From contig CAWGXH010000006.1 in assembly GCA_963826525.1 (NCBI GenBank), positions 1 to 26,319 on the forward strand: 26,319 nucleotides of DNA, written 5' to 3'. This DNA is from an uncultured Methanomicrobiaceae archaeon. Its GTDB lineage: Archaea > Halobacteriota > Methanomicrobia > Methanomicrobiales > Methanoculleaceae. Made by a program: the position numbers and the translations under genes. Position 1 is the stretch's first letter. Each line of letters begins with the position of its first letter. This document shows positions 17,399 through 26,319 of this stretch, piece by piece. The notes below the pieces were generated by a model. The model was not told the origin of the DNA and did no database searches. It saw only the letters and a list, made by a program, of their open reading frames with translations.

Positions 17399-18690
17399 TC
17401 AGGGGATCCGCTTCATCGGGCTGACGCTTGAGCCCTCCATGTTGCCGCCCGCAAAGGCATACCGCTCCCGGATTGTGGGCGGCAGTTCCCGCTCGCCGAT
17501 GGGTGTAAAGCCGAAGGATGCATAGAATGGGACGAGATCGCTTGTCGAATGCATATACAGCACATCATTCCCGCAGGCAGAGACGAGGGCTGCAACTGCT
17601 CTCTTCGCGTACCCCCGCCCTCTGAATTCTTCGGGTGTGAAGACACCGTCGACCTCCTTCCCGTCCGGGTGCCGTCTGCACCGGGCGACGCTGACGAGGT
17701 TGCCGTCAAGGAAAACGCCGAAGATACGGTCGGTCTCGCTATTCGCCTTCTGTTGGTGATACCCCTTCCAGATCCTCTCTGCCTTCGGAAGCTCTGCCGG
17801 CAGAAAGCTCCCGGGCTTCCACCGCCAGTGACAGAATGGGATATTTCACGAGGACCGGACGACGGGCCCGCTTTGCCACATCGGCCACCGTACTTCCGAG
17901 GGGAATATCCCTGAAGTAGTCCTGCTCGCCATATCGGGAGATGAGAATCAGGGAGACATCCTCTTCCTCGGCGAGATCGGTGATCTCCTGACTCGGGTTT
18001 CCAAACCGCACGAACGTCCTGATAGAGAGACCTTCGCGCGAGAGTTCCGTCGCGAGCTCGTGGAGCCTTCTTTCCGCCTCCTCGATCCCCGCTACCAGTT
18101 CCTCTTTTGTCTCCGCGCTCTTGATGACGTGAACGAGGATCAGTTCCGGGATATTCCCCATCCGTCCGACAAAATCGATCACCATTCGGGAAGGCCTCGA
18201 GAAATCGACCGGACAGAGCACCCGTGAAAAGATACTCATCCGGCACGCCTCCGTGGCCGCACCCCGGTAACGGGTGATCAGGATATCGACAGTGCTTCTG
18301 CGAAGCACGTCTGACGAGACGCTGCCGAGGAAGTATCCCTGGATGATCCCCTTTCCCCGCGCGCCGATGACGATCAGCGGGATCTGTTCGTCGGCAGCAC
18401 GCACGACGACTGCTCCGGCGAGGTCGCCGTCCCGGACGATCTCAAGGATCGCTATCGGCTTGAGCCCGAGTTCCTCTACCCGTTCACTCTGCATCGCCAG
18501 GTGGCGTTCTGCGTACTCGGCAGGCGTTTCAAACGTCTGACCGGAGATCCATGCCCGCATCGACGCATGGTCCGCATCAAGTGCATGGAGCAGAATCACC
18601 TCCCGGACTCCCGGAATCTGTCCGAGACACTCTATAGTTCTCCCCGAGTACTCGGAGAAATCGGTCGGTACACATTACCCTCTCAAACAT
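17399..18690 (-). CDS. Tandem universal stress protein domains fused to a C-terminal GNAT acetyltransferase (frameshifts near 18672 and 17799)
   Basis: MFERV..VPTDFS..GARGKG..LGSVS; second USP VLCPVDFS..LGST..PVLV. In a shifted frame that is absent from the ORF track: ARCRRHPDGKEVDGVFTPEEFRGRGYAK..YMHS..FYASFGF..MKRIP*. Confidence 0.82.
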
Positions 18691-18732
18691 GATGATATCC
18701 GCACCAGGTAGCTGTTCATAGGGCGGTTACTC

Positions 18733-18743
18733 ATTAATATATA
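18733..18743. promoter_or_regulatory. Putative TATA box, probably for the USP-GNAT gene
   Basis: ATTAATATATA lies about 45 nt upstream of the ATG at 18690. Confidence 0.45.
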
Positions 18744-19042
18744 CCCATTTCAACCGTCGCGGCATTCCGCCCCGGAGGATGCCATCCGCGGCCGGAGGTG
18801 CGGTGTTCTCTCCCAGCGCATCGACACGTGCACATTTGCCGCGAAATAGGCGGCAAATCAACTCTTAAAGGCAGTATAATCGACAACTTCCCTATAGAGC
18901 AATAACTACTTAATGCGCAATAACGATAGTATAAAGAATAGATTGATGTATATATCCGATTTTTTGAGGGATAGGCCGATGATGCGTCCCGATGGACAGA
19001 GCGTGACAGATGGTTTTTTTTGGAAATAGGCCGGGAGCAACG

Positions 19043-21338
19043 ATGCTGATATCAGTGCTGCTGGTGGATGACGAGCCCCCCATGCTCGAGGTCACCCGCC
19101 TCTTCCTTGAACGGAAAGAGGGTTTCTCCATCAGAACAGCAGCCTCAGCACGGGAAGCGCTCGAGGCCGTCAGGGGGACCCGTTTCGACGTCATCGTCTC
19201 CGATTACGAGATGCCGGAGAGCACCGGAATAGATCTGCTCAAGGCACTTCGTGCGCGGGGGGATGAGACCCCGTTTATACTATTCACCGGCAAGGGCAGA
19301 GAGCACGTCGCAATCGAAGCCCTCAACAACGGAGCAGACTTTTATCTTCAGAAAGACGCCGATCTTCCGGCCGTCTTCGCCGAACTCGAGCAGATGCTTC
19401 AGAAGGCAGCCCAGCGCGGGTGGACCGAGGCTGCTCTCAAAACGAGCGAGGAGCGGTACCGTGCCGTCGTCGAGAGCCAGACGGAGCTTATCACCCGGTT
19501 CAGCCCCGACTGGATCGTCCTCTTCGTTAACGAGGCCTACTGCAGATACTTCGGAAAGAAGTGCAACGAGATCATCGGGCACCGGTTCAGGCCGGTGATC
19601 CCGAGGGAAGAGCAGGCGCTGGTCCGGGATCACTTCGCCTCGCTCACCCCCGGCAATCCCGTTGCCTCCCTCGAACACCGCATCATCATGCCGGACGGAG
19701 AGATCCGCTGGCAGCAGTGGAGCGATCGGGCCATCTTCGATTGCCAGGACCGGCTTCTTGAGTATCAGTCGGTCGGTCGCGACGTAACGGAACGTAAATT
19801 GGCAGAGGAGGCACTCAGGCAGTCCGAAGAGCGTCTTTCGAACATCATCAACCATCTGCCGGAAGCAACGTTTGCAATCGACAGGGACGCACGGGTTATC
19901 GCCTGGAACAGGGCGATTGAGGATCTGACCGGTGTAGCGGCCGGAGAGATGGTCGGTACTGGCAGCTATGCAGTACGCAGTTCCCTTTTACGGAGAGAAG
20001 CGGCCGGCACTGGCCGATTGCATCCTCGAGCCCGATGCAGCAGCCCTACAGCGGTACACGTTGATCACGGAGAAAGAAGACGAACTGGTAGCGGAGGTGA
20101 CGTTCCCGCTTCCCCAGTGGGGGAACCGCATCTTCCGGATCAAGGCGACGCCTCTCTATGATCACAACGGCTCGATCACCGGTGCAATCGAGTCAGTCCG
20201 CGACGTTACCGACATGAAACACGCGGAGGTCGAGCGAGAGCGGTTAATTGCTGAGATTGAAAAGCGAAAGCGCCTCCTCGATACGATCTTCGACGTGACG
20301 CCCGTCCAGTTTTACGTCTACGATAAAGAGCTCAAATACCTCTACGTCTGCTCGAAAGGCGCCGAAGAGCGCAACTTAAAGCCGGAAGAGATGATTGGAA
20401 AGACCTGGCGTGAACTCGGGCTGCCGACAGGGATCATGGAGCCGATCGAACGGCAGCTCCATACCGTACTCTCGACCGGCTGTCATCTGCAGGGAGAGTA
20501 TACCTATCCGACCGTGAGCGGCGACAAGGAATACCTGTACGAGCTGACACCGATCTACGCCAGCGAAGGAGGTGTCGAAGCGGTGGTCTCGACGGTGATC
20601 GATATCACCGAGAGAAAGAGAGCCGAAGAGGCACTTTTGCAGACCAACAGGAAGTTAAACCTCCTCAATAGCGTCACACGGCACGATGTCCACAATCAGC
20701 TCACCATCCTGATCGGTTTCCTGCACCTCTCATGCGAGCATACCGCCGATCCGCTTCTGCTGGATTTTATAGGAAAGATGCAGGGGGCGGCAAAAACAAT
20801 TCACCGCCAGATTGCCTTCACCACCGACTATCAGGATATCGGCGTGCAGTTCCCCGCCTGGCAGAACCTCCCTGACGCCGTCGCCCGTGCAACGACCCTG
20901 CTTGATACGGGGGCGGTCTCGGTATTCGTAAACGTAAGCAGTATCGAGATCTTTGCCGATCCTCTCCTCGAGAAGGTATTCTACAACCTTCTCGACAATG
21001 CAACCAGACACAGCGGCCCGATCACCCGGATTCGCATATACGACCGGATAACCGAGAACGGGCTGAAGATCGTCTGCGAGGACGACGGGTGCGGAGTACC
21101 CGCGCATAAAAAGGAGAGGATCTTCAAGCGCGGTTTCGGGAACAACACAGGATATGGATTATTTTTGGCGCGCGAGATACTCTCCATCACCCATCTTACC
21201 ATTGAAGAGACCGGGACGCCCGGGGTCGGTGCGCATTTCGAGATCCTTGTACCACACGGATCGTATCGTACCGCCATTCCCGATGACGCCTGGGTATCGG
21301 CACACCCATCGGAGTACGATCACGCCGGTTCTCATTGA
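19043..21338 (+). CDS. Hybrid sensor kinase: REC-PAS-PAS-PAS-HisKA-like/HATPase (frameshift near 19970)
   Basis: LLVDDE..VIVSDYEMP..FTGKG..LQK receiver domain; three PAS/PAC units ending RDVTERK, RDVTDMK and DITERK; RHDVHNQL H-box, NLLDNA, DDGCG and NTGYGLF. Confidence 0.9.
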
Positions 21339-21445
21339 TTACCCGGCCTCCCGGATAACCCCCTTCCGCCTCGCCGAGCAGGGCAGGGGCAAGAGTTATG
21401 TGGTGAGAGAGCGTGTATGCCGCGATCGCACGCGAAGGTGACACG

Positions 21446-21832
21446 ATGGAAAATGTGAAACGGTATCGGTGCAGGATATGCAACTACATCTACTCCCCCA
21501 TCCGGGGCGAACCGCACCGGGGCATAGCGGCCGGTACGGCATTCGAAGACCTGCCTGACGATTACACCTGCCCGGTCTGCGGGGCGACGGGAAAAGGCCC
21601 CATCGGGAAATGGGGTTTTGTTCCCTGGGAGCCGACGAAGTATGTCTGCAAGATCTGCGGGTATATCTACAACCAGAAACGAGGTGAGCCCCGCCGGGGC
21701 ATTCCGGCAGGTACGGCCTTCGAAGATCTCCCGGAAGACTACACCTGCCCGGTCTGCGGCATGGATCCGAGGATATCCGAGTTCTACGGCCCGGTCGGCA
21801 AAGCGCAGTTTGAACCGATCCTTGACGTATGA
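21446..21832 (+). CDS. Tandem (two-domain) rubredoxin
   Basis: [25 protein letters not shown] and [34 protein letters not shown] before the ATG at 21446. Confidence 0.92.
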   Translation: MENVKRYRCRICNYIYSPIRGEPHRGIAAGTAFEDLPDDYTCPVCGATGKGPIGKWGFVPWEPTKYVCKICGYIYNQKRGEPRRGIPAGTAFEDLPEDYTCPVCGMDPRISEFYGPVGKAQFEPILDV

Positions 21833-22189
21833 AGGAGGGCTGCGGGTGACACCGCCCCTTGACCCTCCACTTCTCGAGACGCACCATGGTACGGCTCTTT
21901 TGAATAGTTCAGGAACGGGCTTTGCAGAAAACCTCGTGCGAGTGAATGGCAGGTTTCGCCTCCCGGACTCCCTCTCCGAAAACGTCACCGTGAACCCGGT
22001 AGACCCTCGGGCGGCGCTGCCATTCGCGTGACCCTTCCGGCGGCACTCCAGGATTTCGCGGGCGAAAGGCCACCCGGCGGAAATTACGGTTGGGTAGCGA
22101 ACCTTTCGCGCTGTCAGACAAAGTGAGAGAACTCATTAAGGAGCAGGTGTACCCATGTACTAGCAATCGCTCAGGGGTATGCGTGTCAT

Positions 22190-25100
22190 ATGGATATATT
22201 CGGTAATATTCTCGGGCAGGGAAAGAATCCAAATCCATGGATTAATAAAGGAAATTCCCAGATAGAAGCAGGCAACTATCTCGAAGCCGCCAAAAGTTTT
22301 GAAAAAGCTCTCAAAATCGATTCTGAAAACGCACCCATCTGGTAACTCGCTCGGAACGGCACTCTTCTGCCTCGGGAGGTATGAGGAAGCGGCTGTATGC
22401 CTCCGGAGAGCCGCCGAGAAGAACCCGGAGGATCTCTGGGGCGCTGCGAACTCTGGGTCACGTCCTTACCAGGCTCGGCGCCTATCAGGAGGCCGCGGAC
22501 TGTTTTGGCAGCGTCGTCGAGCGCGAACCCTCCGACACCGCGGCGTGGTACGAGCGGGGGGAGATGCTCGAACGGCTTGCCCGATACCGGGAGGCGAAGG
22601 AGGCCTTTGAAAGAGTGCTCGACAGCCACCCGGAGAACACTACCGCACGGCGCCGCCTTGCCCTGCTGCTCGAGCGGAACGGGGAGTTTGCTCCGGCGGC
22701 GGAAGAGTACGACCGGCTCGTGAAAGCGGACCCGGGTGATATCGATGCGCTCGCAAGACGAGGTGCCGCGCTTGAACGGTCGGGCGATCATAACGGCGCT
22801 ATTGCCTGTCTCGATCGCGTGCTCGAGAAGAAACCTGAAGATACGGATGCCCTGTACCTGAAGGCCCGTGCATACGAAGGTGCAGGTCGGTTCCGTGAGG
22901 CTGCAGACTGTTATGGGGCTATCACTTCACTGCGCCCCGAAGACGTGCCCGCCTGGTACCAGCAGGGTGTCAACCTCACCAGAGACGGCGATTACCGTGA
23001 GGCGGCCGCCTGCTTTGATAAGGTCGCCCTGCACGACCCCGATCAGGTTCTTGTCCGCTATACGATGGGGCTCGCCTATGATACCCTCGGCCAGTACGAC
23101 CGCGCCGTCAAGGCATTCGACCAGGTCCTGAAACACGATCAGACCAGGTTCCATGTCTGGTACAATCGCGGCATCTCGCTCTTCAGGCTCGGCCATTACG
23201 CCGAAGCAGTACGGTCGTTCGACCGGGTGATGGAGAAGAGAAGAGACGGAAGCGTGAAATGGGTCGGCACCGGCAGTGATCTGAGCCTCTTTGAGCGGGA
23301 TGAATCCGCCGCGGCGCAGAAGAAACCCGCAACCTACGACGCACGGGACAGGGTTATGCTGTACCATCGCGGCGTGGCACTCCTGCATCTCGGCCGCTAC
23401 GAGGAAGCCCAGGAGAATTTCGTCCGCCTGCTCGAGATCGAACCGGAGAACGTTCGCGTCCTGGTGAACAGCGGCATCGCGCTTCTCCATCTCGGACGGT
23501 ACGAGGCGGCGGATGAGTGTTTCAGGGCCGCCCTTACACACGAGCCACATAACGCCGTCGCGAGAGCGATGCGGGCGGATGCCCTCATGAACCTCGGCAG
23601 ATACGAGGATGCGCTCGAGTGCCTCGATCACGTCCTGAAAGAGGACGGCGAGAGCGTGATTGCACTCCAGGAGCGTGGAACGGCACTGATGCATCGCTCC
23701 AGGTACGGCGAAGCCGCCGAGACCTTCGATCTGCTCCTCCGCATCAATCCGGGCGACGGTGCGGTGCTGAAGAGCAAAGGAAAAGCTCTCCTTCAACTCG
23801 GGCGGTATGCAGACGCACTCCTCTGCTTCGAGCAGGTTCTGGAGAAGAGTCCCGACGATCTCGGAAGTCTCCTTGAGATGGGAACGGCGCTCGAGAGGCT
23901 CGGCAGGTACGACGATGCCCTCACATGCATCGATCGGGTGCTGGCGGTAGATGCCGACGATGACGGGACACTCCTCCGGAAGGCCAGAATCTGTGAGGAG
24001 CAGGGGCGGCTTCTCGAGGCGTGCGACTGCTACAGGCGCCTCTCCGCAGAATCTCCGTCGGACTCGGGGTTCCTGCTGAACCTGGGGATGGTACTTGCGG
24101 CCCTCGGGCGATTCACGGAGGCATCGAACTGCTTTACGGAAGTTACAAAAGTTGAACCCGAAAACCTCTTCGCCTGGCTCCACCGGGGATTCGCGCTGTT
24201 GCACCTCGGCAGTTACGCAGAAGCGGCAGCGTCGTTCGAGCGGATTGTGCGGGAGAATCCGGGCGACATAGGTGCAACCTTCGCCCTCGCGACGGCGCTC
24301 CACCGGCTCGGCATGGACCAGCGCACCATCGAGTGCTGCGATCGGGTGCTCGCGGCCGACCCGGCGAACGCGGCAGCGTTGAAGATACGAGCAGGTTCGC
24401 TCGAGCAGGCTCGGAAAGCACGAAGAGGCGGCGGCCGGATTCGAACGCTACCTTGCCGCAACACCGGACGACCTGCGTGCCCGAATGGCGTACGGCATGG
24501 CGCTCGAGAAGACCGGGAAGTATAACGACGCCATCAAATGTTACGCACAGGTGCTCCAGGAAGACGACACGAATAACGAGGCATGGCATATGCTGGCGAA
24601 CGCACTCGTTCATATGGGGCGCTACGAGGATGCCTTAGAGTGTTCGGACAGCATTCTTGAGATCAACGCCGAGGATCGGGCGGCATGGCAGCAGCGGGGA
24701 GAGATCTACTCCTGGCTCGGCAGGTACGGCGACTCGGAGCAGTGTTACGGGAAGGTGCTCGCCGCCGACCCCGGGGATCTGGCCTCGCGACGCGGCCTCG
24801 CCGATGCCCTCGAGAAGGCGGGGAAATACAGAGAGGCGCTGACCGAGTATACGACAATCCTCGAGCAGGAGCCGACGAATATCGATATGCTCTACGCTAA
24901 GAGCACGGCACTCATCCGCCTCGGCCAGTACGCCGATGCGATCAAGCCGGTCGACAAGATTGTCGTGCTCCAGCCCGAGAGTGCAGCGGCTCTCTTCATA
25001 CGGGGGACGGTTTGTGAGAAGATCGGCAGGTTCGACGATGCCCTGAGGAGTTATGAGACCGCGCTCCAGGTCGATCCGGAGAACGCCGTCATCTGGAATG

Positions 25101-25390
25101 CAAAAGGGATGCTCCTCGATACGTTCGGGAGGTATGCCGATGCGGTGGCGGCTTACGACCGTGCGGCCGCTCTCTCCAGCGACGATCTCAACATTCTCTT
25201 CAACAAAGCGATCGCCCTTGCGCACCTCGGCGAGAACGATGCCGCACTCGGCTGTCTCGACCGGGTGCTTACAGCAAATCCGAACCATGCACAGGCGCTG
25301 TACCGCAAAGGCAGGGTGCTCGATCGTCTCGGCAAGTATCGCGAGGCGGCGGACTGTTTCAGTCGTGCCGTCGAGATTAACGGTTATTAG
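22190..25390 (+). CDS. Large tetratricopeptide-repeat protein (~1,060 aa; frameshifts near 22343, 22440 and 24410)
   Basis: Manual start MDIFGNILGQGKNPNPWINKGNSQIEAGNYLEAAKSFEKAL. Continuous 34-aa W..G..L..LGRY.EA..F..L..P repeats run through the ORFs 22381-24525 and 24485-25390. Confidence 0.88.
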
Positions 25391-25411
25391 TGATAGAAGG
25401 AAGCGTTTAGA

Positions 25412-25935
25412 ATGGAATGGAAGAATCCGATAACGGCAGCATTTCTGGTCTGCTGTATGGTTTTGCTCGCAATGGTGAGCGGCTGCACGGCAGGTGCAGC
25501 GAGAGCGGCAACAGCCACAGAACGGAGATCTCGTGCAAAGTGCACTATACCGGCACCCTTGCAGACGGCACGGTCTTTGACACCTCTGAGGGACGAGGGC
25601 CTTCGCAGTTCACCGTCGGTGCCGGGGAGATGATCTCCGGCTTTGACCGGGCGGTTCTCGGCATGCGTGTCGGGGAATCAAAGACCGTCACTATCCCGGC
25701 AGACCAGGCGTACGGCGCATACCGCGAGGATCTGCTCGCCGACCTCGATCGCGAGCAGTTCGGGAACACTTCAGTCCCCGAAGTCGGCCAGGAGATAACG
25801 ATCAGCACACCCTACGGCCAGACGATGACCGTCCCGGTGATCAACGTTACCGACTCGGCAGTCACCGTCGATGTCAACCACCCGCTGGCGGGAAAGGATC
25901 TGACGTTTGCGATCACGCTGGTCGAGATCGCCTGA
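25412..25935 (+). CDS. FKBP-type (SlyD-like) peptidyl-prolyl isomerase with lipoprotein-like signal peptide (frameshift near 25500)
   Basis: MEWKNPITAAFLVCCMVLLAMVSGC in one frame; VHYTGTLADGTVFDTS..GFD..AYG..IF domain..DVNHPLAGKDLTF in the next. Confidence 0.88.
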
Positions 25936-25950
25936 TCCTTTCGGGCACCT

Positions 25951-25964
25951 ATTTTTCTCCTTTC
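25951..25964 (+). terminator. Oligo-T/pyrimidine terminator after the FKBP gene
   Basis: ATTTTTCTCCTTTC begins about 16 nt after the stop codon. Confidence 0.4.
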
Positions 25965-26154
25965 GGGAGAGCATTTTCTGGTCTGTCGAACCCGACAAGT
26001 TCGCTCGAAGAGTGATGGATGGTACATGGCCTTGAGATAGAGGAGAGATCCCAAAGGTATCGGGGAAGTGTTGTTCCCTGCAATGAAGCACTATTATTCA
26101 AGGTATCGATGATCGGAACTGCAATCGAAACAGGATCGCGAAGTGCGGCTTTTG

Positions 26155-26240
26155 CCCTCCCTATCGCATGAGGGAGGGGAGGTTCGGGATGGGAGCGAGT
26201 CCCCGCACGGGAGACGGGTTGTAGGACGATCTCGAATGCC
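26155..26240. repeat. Third diverged copy of the GC-rich intergenic repeat
   Basis: CCCTCCCT-ATCGCATG-AGGGAGGG hairpin, then GGGGAGGTTCGGGATGGGAG..CCCC..GGACGATCTC, resembling 14495-14550 (GGGGAGGGCTCGGGAGGGAG..CCCCC..GGACGACCTC). Confidence 0.5.
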
Positions 26241-26319
26241 CGCTACACAGGAATCGGGCCTGCTGCTCCGACAGCCGGAGGAGGTTAAGAATATATTAGT
26301 ACCATAATTTCCACCTCAA

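Noticed and set aside
1-26319. Prophage, transposase, integrase or defence system
   Set aside because: None recognised; the gene content is housekeeping and signalling.

Overview
GC-rich archaeal core-genome window, most consistent with a Methanomicrobiales methanogen (Methanoculleus-like; inferred from gene content and protein style). From left to right: the 5' end of tpiA; an RlhA-like U32/DUF3656 Fe-S protein; proC; aroD; a translationally coupled minus-strand aromatic amino acid operon (aroA'-1, aroA'-2, aroB', tyrA, pheA, aroA, aroK-aroE fusion, aroC); aMBF1; two convergent PAN proteasome ATPases flanking a DUF5804-like gene and a structured repeat region; a DUF126/AcnX small subunit; a membrane-anchored J-domain protein; a USP-USP-GNAT fusion hidden by a frameshift; a REC-PAS-PAS-PAS histidine kinase; a di-rubredoxin; a ~1,060-aa TPR protein; and a lipoprotein-like FKBP PPIase. 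Many genes carry single-base indels, which are probably long-read consensus errors. The most interesting signal is the ~230-nt leader of the aro operon. It holds overlapping short ORFs rich in Phe/Tyr/Trp codons, U-tracts and alternative stems, so it is a candidate archaeal leader-peptide attenuator. The second is the placement of a prephenate-dependent U32 hydroxylase family gene next to the shikimate/prephenate cluster.
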